This document shows, in pieces, positions 19,610 through 30,951 of a stretch of DNA of 64,000 bases. The position numbers and the translations under genes are program-made. The notes under the pieces are model-generated. The model made no database searches. It was not told the DNA's origin and was given only the letters and a program-made list of their open reading frames with translations. The DNA is from Escherichia coli. Lineage in GTDB: Bacteria > Pseudomonadota > Gammaproteobacteria > Enterobacterales > Enterobacteriaceae. Numbering within the stretch: position 1 is the first letter of the stretch; each line of letters starts with the position of its first letter. Location: assembly GCF_001677475.2 (NCBI RefSeq), contig NZ_CP015229.1. One strand, written 5' to 3'.

Positions 19610-20986
19610 GTGAAAAACGCGTCAACCGTATCGGAAGATACTGCGTCGAATCAAGAGCCGACGCTTCATCGCGGATTACATAACCGTCATATTCAACTGA
19701 TTGCGCTGGGTGGCGCAATTGGTACTGGTCTGTTTCTTGGCATTGGCCCGGCGATTCAGATGGCGGGTCCGGCTGTATTGCTGGGCTACGGCGTCGCCGG
19801 GATCATCGCTTTCCTGATTATGCGCCAGCTTGGCGAAATGGTGGTTGAGGAGCCGGTATCCGGTTCATTTGCCCACTTTGCCTATAAATACTGGGGACCG
19901 TTTGCGGGCTTCCTCTCTGGCTGGAACTACTGGGTAATGTTCGTGCTGGTGGGAATGGCAGAGCTGACCGCTGCGGGCATCTATATGCAGTACTGGTTCC
20001 CGGATGTTCCAACGTGGATTTGGGCTGCCGCCTTCTTTATTATCATCAACGCCGTTAACCTGGTGAACGTGCGCTTATATGGCGAAACCGAGTTCTGGTT
20101 TGCGCTGATTAAAGTGCTGGCGATCATCGGTATGATCGGCTTTGGCCTGTGGCTGCTGTTTTCTGGTCACGGCGGCGAGAAAGCCAGTATCGACAACCTC
20201 TGGCGCTACGGTGGTTTCTTCGCCACCGGCTGGAATGGGCTGATTTTGTCGCTGGCGGTAATTATGTTCTCCTTCGGCGGTCTGGAGCTGATTGGGATTA
20301 CAGCCGCTGAAGCGCGCGATCCGGAAAAAAGCATCCCGAAAGCAGTGAATCAGGTGGTGTATCGCATCCTGCTGTTTTATATCGGTTCACTGGTGGTTTT
20401 ACTGGCACTCTATCCGTGGGTGGAAGTGAAATCTAACAGTAGCCCGTTTGTGATGATTTTCCATAATCTCGACAGCAACGTGGTAGCTTCTGCGCTGAAC
20501 TTCGTCATTCTGGTAGCATCGCTGTCAGTGTATAACAGCGGGGTTTACTCTAACAGCCGCATGCTGTTTGGCCTTTCTGTGCAGGGTAATGCGCCGAAGT
20601 TTTTGACTCGCGTCAGCCGTCGCGGCGTGCCGATTAACTCGCTGATGCTTTCCGGAGCGATCACTTCGCTGGTGGTGTTAATCAACTATCTGCTGCCGCA
20701 AAAAGCGTTTGGTCTGCTGATGGCGCTGGTGGTAGCAACGCTGCTGTTGAACTGGATTATGATCTGTCTGGCGCATCTGCGTTTTCGTGCAGCGATGCGA
20801 CGTCAGGGGCGTGAAACACAGTTTAAGGCGCTGCTCTATCCGTTCGGCAACTATCTTTGCATCGCCTTCCTCGCCATGATTTTGCTGCTGATGTGCACGA
20901 TGGATGATATGCGCTTGTCAGCGATTCTGCTGCCGGTGTGGATTGTATTCCTGTTTGTGGCGTTTAAAACGCTGCGTCGGAAATAA
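19610..20986 (+). CDS. pheP: Phenylalanine-specific permease PheP
   Basis: GTG start at 19610 with aggggaaagg RBS; N-terminus VKNASTVSEDTASNQ matches recalled PheP; 458 aa; track ORF starts 36 nt upstream. Confidence 0.9.
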   Translation: MKNASTVSEDTASNQEPTLHRGLHNRHIQLIALGGAIGTGLFLGIGPAIQMAGPAVLLGYGVAGIIAFLIMRQLGEMVVEEPVSGSFAHFAYKYWGPFAGFLSGWNYWVMFVLVGMAELTAAGIYMQYWFPDVPTWIWAAAFFIIINAVNLVNVRLYGETEFWFALIKVLAIIGMIGFGLWLLFSGHGGEKASIDNLWRYGGFFATGWNGLILSLAVIMFSFGGLELIGITAAEARDPEKSIPKAVNQVVYRILLFYIGSLVVLLALYPWVEVKSNSSPFVMIFHNLDSNVVASALNFVILVASLSVYNSGVYSNSRMLFGLSVQGNAPKFLTRVSRRGVPINSLMLSGAITSLVVLINYLLPQKAFGLLMALVVATLLLNWIMICLAHLRFRAAMRRQGRETQFKALLYPFGNYLCIAFLAMILLLMCTMDDMRLSAILLPVWIVFLFVAFKTLRRK

Positions 20987-21017
20987 GGCATTCACGCTAC
21001 ATCCGACAAAACGATGT

Positions 21018-21051
21018 CCGCTCTCATCCATTCGATGAGAGCGGTTTTTTT
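21018..21051 (+). terminator. Rho-independent terminator after pheP
   Basis: Stem ccgctctcatc / gatgagagcgg followed by ttttttt, immediately after pheP stop and abutting convergent ybdG. Confidence 0.6.
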
Positions 21052-21053
21052 AA

Positions 21054-22349
<1,296 letters not shown>

Positions 22350-22408
22350 TTATGCAAATCAGGAGAATCTGAGGGGAAATAGCCGGGCAGATGCCCGGCA
22401 AGAGATAA

Positions 22409-23062
22409 TTACACTTCGGTTAAGGTGATGTTTTGCGGCAGACGAGATTTCGGCAGCGTAGCGTTAAAATCTTCAACGCTGTGATGACCCACCGGAACAA
22501 CCACCAGACTGGTGTAGCCTTTCTCTTTCAGACCAAACTCTGCATCGAGGATGGCGGCGTCAAAACCTTCGATGGGTACCGCGTCCAGACCCAGCGCCGC
22601 CACGCCCAGCAGGAAGTTACCGACGTTGAGATAAACCTGTTTTGCCATCCACTCTGCATCATCATGCAGATCTTTACGGTGCATATCGGCGAAGAACTTG
22701 CGACCTTTATCGTTCGCGGCTTTCGCTTCCGGCGTGGCAAAGCGGCCATCAGCATCTTCCTGGTCAACAACCAGCTTCAGCCAGGCATCGTCCATCGCGG
22801 TTTTTGCACAGAACACCACGACGTGCGAGGCATCAAGCATTTTACGCTCGTTGAACACGTAATTACCGGCAGCGGATTTGGCAACACGCGCTTTTCCTTC
22901 TTCCGTGCTGGCAACAATAAAATGCCACGGTTGGGAGTTGGTGCTGGATGGGCTGTATTGCAGTAGCGTTTTGATCTGCTCGGCCTGTTCCGGGGTAAGT
23001 TTTTTGCTGGCATCAAATGCCTTAGTGGAATGACGCTTTAAGGCGACAGAAATGATATCCAT
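22409..23062 (-). CDS. nfsB: Oxygen-insensitive NAD(P)H nitroreductase NfsB
   Basis: Start trimmed to [17 protein letters not shown] (cat at 23060..23062); 217 aa. Confidence 0.9.
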   Translation of the reverse strand: MDIISVALKRHSTKAFDASKKLTPEQAEQIKTLLQYSPSSTNSQPWHFIVASTEEGKARVAKSAAGNYVFNERKMLDASHVVVFCAKTAMDDAWLKLVVDQEDADGRFATPEAKAANDKGRKFFADMHRKDLHDDAEWMAKQVYLNVGNFLLGVAALGLDAVPIEGFDAAILDAEFGLKEKGYTSLVVVPVGHHSVEDFNATLPKSRLPQNITLTEV

Positions 23063-23155
23063 AAAGACTCCATGTGAAAGTAATTTTGCGTGCCAGCAGA
23101 TTACAAGGTTCAACAAGAAATGGTAAGCGAGAAAAATGCGCTATAGATTTCCGCT

Positions 23156-23524
23156 TTAGCCTGGACGCACTCTTTTTTGATCGCGTTTAGCCAGACCATC
23201 AACCACCAGATTCCACGAATCGTTGATCAGATCGCGAAGTAACGCTTCGGAGATTTCCTCGCCGGGATACACCGAAATCCAGTGCTTTTTATTCATGTGA
23301 TACCCTGGCTTAATGCTTGGGTATATTTGCTGATTTAACAGGGATTTTTGTGGATCGGACTTCAGATTGATAAAGGGGACGTCGCGCAGCTCCGACGACA
23401 GCATAAAAATTTTGCCGCCAATTTTAAAAACATCGAACTCCGGGCCAAAAGGCCAGCAAAGCTCGACAAAGGGTAACTCAAGGGCCAGGCGTTTCGCCGT
23501 TTCGTGCAGTGATTGCTTATCCAT
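23156..23524 (-). CDS. ybdF: Uncharacterised protein YbdF
   Basis: 122-aa ORF in conserved position. Confidence 0.85.
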   Translation of the reverse strand: MDKQSLHETAKRLALELPFVELCWPFGPEFDVFKIGGKIFMLSSELRDVPFINLKSDPQKSLLNQQIYPSIKPGYHMNKKHWISVYPGEEISEALLRDLINDSWNLVVDGLAKRDQKRVRPG

Positions 23525-23588
23525 AAACGTTCCTTTAGGCGAAGGAGAATAAGCAAAGTATGCCGCGAAGTTCGGCGATAATCGACGT

Positions 23589-23837
23589 TTAATCCGCTAG
23601 CGAGAACCAGCGTCGCCAGATAAAGCGCAGAACAAAATACTCAATAGCGCCCAGCACTAAAAACCACAGGCAAAACAATAAAGTGTAAAGCTGACTAAGA
23701 TCCATCAGATGAAACATGGTCACCAGTTTTTGTGCCAGCGTCAGCCCCAGTGCGGGGGCGGGCAGCAGCAGGCAAGAGAGGAAAGCCATCAGCAAAATGC
23801 CTGCTGCGGTGGTCAAGGTTTCTAAAGGGTGTTTCAT
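23589..23837 (-). CDS. ybdJ: Small membrane protein YbdJ
   Basis: 82-aa hydrophobic ORF. Confidence 0.8.
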   Translation of the reverse strand: MKHPLETLTTAAGILLMAFLSCLLLPAPALGLTLAQKLVTMFHLMDLSQLYTLLFCLWFLVLGAIEYFVLRFIWRRWFSLAD

Positions 23838-23902
23838 AACATTGTTAAATGTAAGTTAAAACACCATTGTCAGGGATATTCTTCTGTAAGGCAATTCCCG
23901 GC

Positions 23903-25030
<1,128 letters not shown>

Positions 25031-25472
25031 TTATGTTGGCGTTTTCTATTCAGTATAGAAGTGGGAGCGACTGGGCGAGATGCGGAAGTTCTGGAATGTT
25101 TCTTTTTTTGGTGATGGTGAACTGATTGTGACTGAAGAAGTTTGGCTACTTTTGCAATGTGACAAGTTATGGCAGAGCTGGCTGGTGGCGAAGAATTTTG
25201 ACGATTGAGGCATGCAGAAAAAAACGGGTTCAGCTTCAGTTGATCAAATGAGGAGTGAGAAGTCTGAAACAGGACTAACTGTATAAATAAACAGCTATTT
25301 TGCTGAGGAAGGGTAAGATAACGGCGGGTGCCTGAAGCTTTCCGGTTTCAGGTTTACTCTGAGGTCTGGAAAGATGAAGCCCCAGGAGATATTTCTATCA
25401 ACCCTGGGGCTGCCACTCCAAACCCGAACAATTTGGATGGTAGTCCCTTCTTCGCATGGAGGCAATATAAAC

Positions 25473-25625
25473 ATGCTGACGAAATATGCCCTTGTGGCAG
25501 TCATAGTGCTGTGTTTGACGGTACTGGGATTTACGCTTCTGGTCGGAGACTCGCTGTGTGAGTTTACGGTGAAGGAACGTAATATTGAGTTTAAGGCTGT
25601 TCTCGCTTACGAACCGAAGAAGTAG
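25473..25625 (+). CDS. hokE: Hok-family membrane toxin, copy 1
   Basis: ATG at 25473; 50 aa [50 protein letters not shown], typical Hok single-TM toxin. Confidence 0.85.
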   Translation: MLTKYALVAVIVLCLTVLGFTLLVGDSLCEFTVKERNIEFKAVLAYEPKK

Positions 25626-25876
25626 CCGTTGTGCGGGGAGTAATCCCCGCATATCCGGTTGTCAGGTCAGGGTGGTAAGGCACCTGCTTTACACTTTCGC
25701 CCGCGGTCAGCAATGGCTGCGGGCGATGTCGTTTTAAGGGCAATGATCAGTTTTGCCAACAGAAGTCCGAAACAGGATTCACTGTATAAATAAACAGCTA
25801 TTTTGCTGAGGAAGGGTAAGATAACGGCGGGTGCCTGAAGCTTTCCGGTTTCAGGTTAACTCTGAGGTCTGGAAAG

Positions 25877-26065
25877 ATGAAGCCCCAGGATGATATTTCT
25901 ATCAACCCTGGGGCTACCTACCCAAACCTGAACAATTTGGATGGTAGTCCCTTCTTCGCATGGAGGCAATATAAACATGCTGACGAAATATGCCCTTGTG
26001 GCAGTCATAGTGCTGTGTTTAACGGTGCTGGGATTTACGCTTCTGGTCGGAGACTCGCTGTGTGA
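25877..26065 (+). CDS. mok-like overlapping reading frame, copy 2
   Basis: 62-codon ORF ([12 protein letters not shown]...) starting upstream of and overlapping hok copy 2 in a different frame, the arrangement of mok in hok/sok systems; assignment rests on arrangement only. Confidence 0.45.
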   Translation: MKPQDDISINPGATYPNLNNLDGSPFFAWRQYKHADEICPCGSHSAVFNGAGIYASGRRLAV

Positions 26066-26129
26066 GTTTACGGTGAAGGAACGTAATATTGAGTTTAAGG
26101 CTGTTCTCGCTTACGAACCGAAGAAGTAG
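25977..26129 (+). CDS. hokE: Hok-family membrane toxin, copy 2
   Basis: ATG at 25977; 50-aa product identical to copy 1. Confidence 0.85.
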   Translation: MLTKYALVAVIVLCLTVLGFTLLVGDSLCEFTVKERNIEFKAVLAYEPKK

Positions 26130-26250
26130 CCGTTGTGCGGGGAGTAATCCCCGCATATCCGGTTGTCAGGTCAGGATGGTAAGGCACCTGCTTTACACTT
26201 TCGCCCGTGGTCAGTGATGGCTGCGGGCGAATCGTACCAGATGTTGTCAA

Positions 26251-26871
26251 TTAATCGTGTTGGCACAGCGTTATGACTATTTTTTCTTTTATCTGCCAGT
26301 GCACAGCAAACTGCTCATCCTCTAGTCGAATGATGATCTGCTGTTTATTCCAGCTAATTATCTGATAATCCAGAAAACCTTGAGCGGCCTGTATCTTGCT
26401 TGCCTTAAATGCGCTCTCTTTGGCGGAAAATGCCAGTGTCAGCGCCAGAGAAAAGGTTAAACCGCATTCTGCGAGTCGCTCGTGTTCTGCTGGTGTAATA
26501 ATGTTGTCTGTCAATTCTCTTGCGGTTTGTACAGAGAAAATCTCTTCGATATCAATGCCAATCGGTTGACGAGTTACCACGGCTAATGCCGTAGCCCCAC
26601 AGTGGCTAATACTGCCGTATACCTCCGCAGGCCACACAGGTTGGCGTAGCTCGCCGATTGCGGGCACACATTTATAGCCATATTCCCGCAGCGCATAAAC
26701 TGCAGCGATCCGTCCGGCTAAATGCTCTGTTTTACGTTTACGTCCAGCGTGTTGCAGTTGTGCGTAGTGCGGCAGCCAGAGTAAATCCTGCTCGCGAAAA
26801 CTCGCCGGATCAAACTCAACAAAATGCAGCGTATGTCCTGCAAAGGGGAGGGAGGTATGCGTAGTTTTCAT
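26251..26871 (-). CDS. entD: Enterobactin synthase 4'-phosphopantetheinyl transferase EntD
   Basis: Start trimmed to MKTTHTSLPFAGHTLHF (cat at 26869..26871); 206 aa. Confidence 0.9.
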   Translation of the reverse strand: MKTTHTSLPFAGHTLHFVEFDPASFREQDLLWLPHYAQLQHAGRKRKTEHLAGRIAAVYALREYGYKCVPAIGELRQPVWPAEVYGSISHCGATALAVVTRQPIGIDIEEIFSVQTARELTDNIITPAEHERLAECGLTFSLALTLAFSAKESAFKASKIQAAQGFLDYQIISWNKQQIIIRLEDEQFAVHWQIKEKIVITLCQHD

Positions 26872-26908
26872 GTCGACCATATTAGAGAATGATGACAAAC
26901 GCAAAACT

Positions 26909-27006
26909 GCCTGATGCGCTACGCTTATCAGGCCTACGTGGTCCTGCAATATATTGAATTGGCAAGATTTTGTAGGCCGGATAAGGCGTTCACGCCGCAT
27001 CCGGCA
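26909..27006. repeat. REP/BIME element (two inverted REP units) between entD and fepA
   Basis: gcctgatgcgctacgcttatcaggcctac ... tgtaggccggataaggcgttcacgccgcatccggca; classic enterobacterial REP sequences. Confidence 0.75.
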
Positions 27007-27044
27007 TGAACGACGCGCACTTTGTCAACAATCTGACGTTAGCA

Positions 27045-29285
27045 TCAGAAGTGAGTATTAACGCTCATATACCACGTACGTCCCGGCTCGTTATAGGTAT
27101 ACGCCCCGGCACCTGCGATATAGTTGGCTCCTGCCAGATCGCCCGTGGTCTGGGCATTGCCCGCACGCCACAAACGCTTATCGAATAGGTTGTCCACGCC
27201 GCCGGTCAGACTGACATTCTTCGTCACATCCCAGGTCGCGCTCAGGCCAACAATGCTGTAAGGACTAATTTCTTTGGTTTCCGGTCCAACCGCTGGCTGG
27301 CCTTTATAGTTGTACTTCTTCGGCTGCTGCTTGCCGTACCAGGTGAAGGTCGTTTGCATCGACAAATCTTCCCGTGCCTGCCAGCTCAGCGTTGAGTTCA
27401 ACGTATACTCCGGGATGATCGACAAACGGTCGCCCGTGGTTTTGTTTTCACTCTTCAGCATATAAGTGATGTTATTGGTCCACATCACCGTTTCGCTAAC
27501 CGGTACGTTTAACGATCCTTCCAGGCCTTCAACCACTGCTTTCGGCACGTTATCCCACTGATAGAGATCGGTGCCGACTGCGTTTTGTCCTACAGCCACA
27601 TAGCCCGCTTCAATCTTATTGCGATAATCGTTACGGAACCATGTGACGCCCGCCAGCCAGCCGTCGCGTTTGAACTCCAGACCAATCTCTTTGTTGATAC
27701 TGGTTTCCGCTTTCAGGTCATCGTTCCCTTGCAGATAGCAGCCGCCCGCGCTGGCATAGCAGCCCTGACCTTTACTGTAGAGAATGTAGTTCGGGTTAGT
27801 CTGGTACAGGCTCGGCGCTTTATAGGCGCGGGCAATGCCCATTTTCAGCGTGAAGTCATCGCCTAAACCTTGCGATATGTTCAGCGCCGGGCTCCAGTTA
27901 TTGCCGACAATACTGTGATGATCGAAACGCAGCCCCGGCGTTACGATGGTGCTGTCAGTCAGCTCCATGTTGTTTTCGGCAAACAGCGAGAAAATTTCTG
28001 CTTTTGAATACGGGCTACGGTCGGTGGCACTCACGCCATCAATAGCGCCACCGGTATTCGTTCCGGTCAGTGCCTGGGTGTTGGAACTTAAGTCCTTCAT
28101 CCGTTGCTGATTCCACTCCGTACCCAGCGTCAGCGTTTGGTTAACGAGGAAATCAATCGGCAGGTTAACTTCGCTGTGCAGCATCACGTCATCAAGATCG
28201 ATATCGACGAAATCCTGTGTCGCTTTTTCGTTAAATTTCCCTTCGGTACCACCCGCCAGACCTTCCGGAATACGCGAGTTACGGGTGTGTTCGTACTGCA
28301 CCCAGTTGCTGGTGGTCACGCCGTTATCCCAGCCACCGTTCCAGGTCAGCGAGTAGTTCTGGCGATACAGGCGGTTGGTTTCATCGCCATATTTCGAGCG
28401 AGTGTAAGCGTCAGAGTTGGTGTTCTGGGTATCGCCCGCATACAGGTTACCCTGGCGGCTGTAACCCGCTTCCAGTTCGAGTGATTGCAGAGGCGCGAAG
28501 TCCCAGCGCACCACGCCATTAATATCTTTGTTGATCACCCCTTCGCGCCCGGCTGGTAACGTCGTGGCATACGTTCCGGCACGCGCGGACTGATGACCCT
28601 GGTTGATATCCCACGCGTCAGCCTGGGTTTTGTCGAGGTTGCCATACAAGCGGAAGCTGAATTCGTCGCCCAGCGGACCGGTCAGGCTGAAGTTGGTGCG
28701 TTTAGTGGCACCTTCCTCTTTATGTTCTGGCGCATTGAAATAAGCGTCCCAGGAGCCGTGCCACTCACCGCTGCCTTTTTTGGTAATGATGTTAACCACG
28801 CCGCCCGCCGCGCCGTTGCCGTAACGCGCAGCTGCCGGACCACGCAGAACTTCAATACGTTCAATCATTTCAGGTGGCACCCAGGAAGTATCACCACGGG
28901 TATCGCGCTCTCCACGCCAGCCCTGACGCACCGAGTTACGGCTGCTGACCGGTTTGCCGTCAATTAAAATCAGCGTGTTTTCCGGACCCATGCCGCGAAT
29001 ATCAATCTGGCGGTTATTACCACGCTGACCACTGGTGGAGTTACCGGTCAGGTTAACGCCTGGCATGGTACGGATAATCTCCGACACATCGCGGGCAACC
29101 GGGTTTTTGCGGATTTCATCTGCGGTGATGGTCGAAACGCCAGGCGCCTGCAAGTTCTGCTCGGCGGCGGTAACGACAATAGTATCGTCATGTGAAACAG
29201 GAGTATCGGTCGGCTCTTGTGCCTGCGCTACCCCATAAATCCCCAGATTGACCAACAAGGCCAGGGAATGAATCTTCTTGTTCAT
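27045..29285 (-). CDS. fepA: TonB-dependent ferric enterobactin outer membrane receptor FepA
   Basis: Start trimmed to MNKKIHSLALLVNLGIYGVAQA (cat at 29283..29285); C-terminal ...YMSVNTHF. Confidence 0.95.
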   Translation of the reverse strand: MNKKIHSLALLVNLGIYGVAQAQEPTDTPVSHDDTIVVTAAEQNLQAPGVSTITADEIRKNPVARDVSEIIRTMPGVNLTGNSTSGQRGNNRQIDIRGMGPENTLILIDGKPVSSRNSVRQGWRGERDTRGDTSWVPPEMIERIEVLRGPAAARYGNGAAGGVVNIITKKGSGEWHGSWDAYFNAPEHKEEGATKRTNFSLTGPLGDEFSFRLYGNLDKTQADAWDINQGHQSARAGTYATTLPAGREGVINKDINGVVRWDFAPLQSLELEAGYSRQGNLYAGDTQNTNSDAYTRSKYGDETNRLYRQNYSLTWNGGWDNGVTTSNWVQYEHTRNSRIPEGLAGGTEGKFNEKATQDFVDIDLDDVMLHSEVNLPIDFLVNQTLTLGTEWNQQRMKDLSSNTQALTGTNTGGAIDGVSATDRSPYSKAEIFSLFAENNMELTDSTIVTPGLRFDHHSIVGNNWSPALNISQGLGDDFTLKMGIARAYKAPSLYQTNPNYILYSKGQGCYASAGGCYLQGNDDLKAETSINKEIGLEFKRDGWLAGVTWFRNDYRNKIEAGYVAVGQNAVGTDLYQWDNVPKAVVEGLEGSLNVPVSETVMWTNNITYMLKSENKTTGDRLSIIPEYTLNSTLSWQAREDLSMQTTFTWYGKQQPKKYNYKGQPAVGPETKEISPYSIVGLSATWDVTKNVSLTGGVDNLFDKRLWRAGNAQTTGDLAGANYIAGAGAYTYNEPGRTWYMSVNTHF

Positions 29286-29444
29286 TGTTTTATTCCTGCA
29301 TTTTTGCCACGAATTGCAACTGTCGGGCATGGTCGTCATCAACACGACGCATCCCGCTACCGCGAAAACCTTTGATCCTGAAAGACACGCAGTGCAGTTG
29401 GTTAATTAATGTCCGCGCTTCCCACGGCGCGCCATTACGCTATT

Positions 29445-29495
29445 GCAAATGCAAATAGTTATCAATAATATTATCAATATATTTCTGCAATCAAT
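29445..29495. promoter_or_regulatory. Fur-box region in fepA-fes divergent promoter
   Basis: AT-rich gcaaatgcaaatagttatcaataatattatcaatat resembling GATAATGATAATCATTATC iron-box repeats. Confidence 0.6.
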
Positions 29496-29527
29496 GAAAA
29501 ATTGCACAGTAAACATGGGGTTATGGT

Positions 29528-30730
29528 GTGGCGGCGTTAAAAGTAGGAAGTGAGAGCTGGTGGCAGTCGAAACATGGCCCGGAATGGCAGCGTCTGAATG
29601 ACGAAATGTTTGAGGTCACTTTCTGGTGGCGTGATCCCCAAGGTTCTGAAGAATACTCGACGATAAAGCGCGTATGGGTCTACATCACTGGTGTGACCGA
29701 TCACCATCAGAACAGCCAGCCCCAGTCGATGCAGCGAATTGCAGGCACCAACGTCTGGCAGTGGACGACACAACTCAATGCCAACTGGCGCGGCAGCTAC
29801 TGTTTTATTCCCACCGAACGCGATGACATTTTTTCTGCACCATCACCCGATTGCCTCGAATTGCGCGAAGGCTGGCGAAAACTATTACCCCAGGCGATAG
29901 CCGATCCGCTGAATCCACAAAGCTGGAAAGGCGGGCGAGGGCACGCTGTTTCTGCACTCGAAATGCCGCAAGCGCCTCTGCAACCGGGATGGGATTGTCC
30001 GCAAGCGCCAGAAATACCTGCCAAAGAAATTATCTGGAAAAGTGAACGGTTGAAAAATTCACGCCGTGTATGGATTTTTACCACCGGCGATGCAACAGCA
30101 GAAGAACGCCCGCTGGCAGTTTTGCTTGATGGCGAATTTTGGGCGCAGTGTATGCCCGTCTGGCCTGGGCTGACTTCGCTGACCCATCGTCAGCAACTTC
30201 CTCCCGCCGTGTATGTGTTGATCGACGCTATCGACACCACGCACCGCGCCCACGAACTGACGTGTAATGCGGATTTCTGGCTGGCAGTACAGCAAGAGTT
30301 ATTACCCCTGGTGAAAGCTATTGCCCCTTTTAGCGATCGCGCCGATCGCACCGTGGTCGCCGGGCAGAGTTTTGGTGGGCTTTCCGCGCTGTATGCCGGA
30401 CTGCACTGGCCTGAACGCTTTGGCTGTGTATTAAGCCAGTCAGGATCGTACTGGTGGCCGCATCGGGGCGGGCAGCAAGAGGGCGTGTTACTTGAAAAGC
30501 TAAAAGCTGGTGGAGTTAGCGCCGAAGGTCTGCGCATTGTGCTGGAAGCGGGTATTCGCGAGCCGATGATTATGCGGGCCAATCAGGCGCTGTATGCGCA
30601 ATTACACCCCATAAAAGAATCCATTTTCTGGCGTCAGGTTGACGGCGGACATGATGCGCTTTGTTGGCGCGGTGGCTTGATGCAGGGGCTAATCGACCTC
30701 TGGCAACCACTTTTCCATGACAGGAGTTGA
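29528..30730 (+). CDS. fes: Enterochelin esterase Fes
   Basis: 400-aa ORF with GTG start as on ORF track; recalled Fes N-terminus ..ALKVGSESWWQSKHGPEW. Confidence 0.9.
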   Translation: MAALKVGSESWWQSKHGPEWQRLNDEMFEVTFWWRDPQGSEEYSTIKRVWVYITGVTDHHQNSQPQSMQRIAGTNVWQWTTQLNANWRGSYCFIPTERDDIFSAPSPDCLELREGWRKLLPQAIADPLNPQSWKGGRGHAVSALEMPQAPLQPGWDCPQAPEIPAKEIIWKSERLKNSRRVWIFTTGDATAEERPLAVLLDGEFWAQCMPVWPGLTSLTHRQQLPPAVYVLIDAIDTTHRAHELTCNADFWLAVQQELLPLVKAIAPFSDRADRTVVAGQSFGGLSALYAGLHWPERFGCVLSQSGSYWWPHRGGQQEGVLLEKLKAGGVSAEGLRIVLEAGIREPMIMRANQALYAQLHPIKESIFWRQVDGGHDALCWRGGLMQGLIDLWQPLFHDRS

Positions 30731-30732
30731 AT

Positions 30733-30951
30733 ATGGCATTCAGTAATCCCTTCGATGATCCACAGGGAGCGTTTTACATTTTGCGCAATGCGCAGGGTCA
30801 ATTCAGTCTGTGGCCGCAACAATGCGCCTTACCGGCAGGCTGGGACATTGTGTGTCAGCCGCAGTCACAAGAGTCCTGCCAGCAGTGGCTTGAAGCCCAC
30901 TGGCGTACTCTGACACCGGCGAATTTCACCCAGTTGCAGGAGGCGCAATGA
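30733..30951 (+). CDS. ybdZ: MbtH-like protein YbdZ
   Basis: ATG at 30733 (MAFSNPFDDPQGAFYIL...); 72 aa; overlaps entF start. Confidence 0.9.
   Translation: MAFSNPFDDPQGAFYILRNAQGQFSLWPQQCALPAGWDIVCQPQSQESCQQWLEAHWRTLTPANFTQLQEAQ

Larger units (their letters stand above)
25262..26232 (+). repeat. Tandem duplication (2 units of about 503 bp) of a hok/mok/sok-type type I toxin-antitoxin module
   Basis: Second unit starting near 25765 (gtccgaaacagga...) is near-identical to the first starting near 25262 (gtctgaaacagga...); each carries a 50-codon hok ORF and downstream GC-rich hairpins; similarity ends near 26232. Confidence 0.85.

Noticed and set aside
25374-25625. 83-aa ORF as a separate N-terminally extended Hok gene
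   Set aside because: Not listed as a separate gene: it is the hok frame preceded by the upstream ATG placed in frame by a 1-nt difference from copy 2; reported as a finding instead
25262-26232. CRISPR array as explanation for the direct repeats
   Set aside because: Only two long (about 500 bp) units containing protein-coding ORFs; no short repeat-spacer periodicity anywhere in the window
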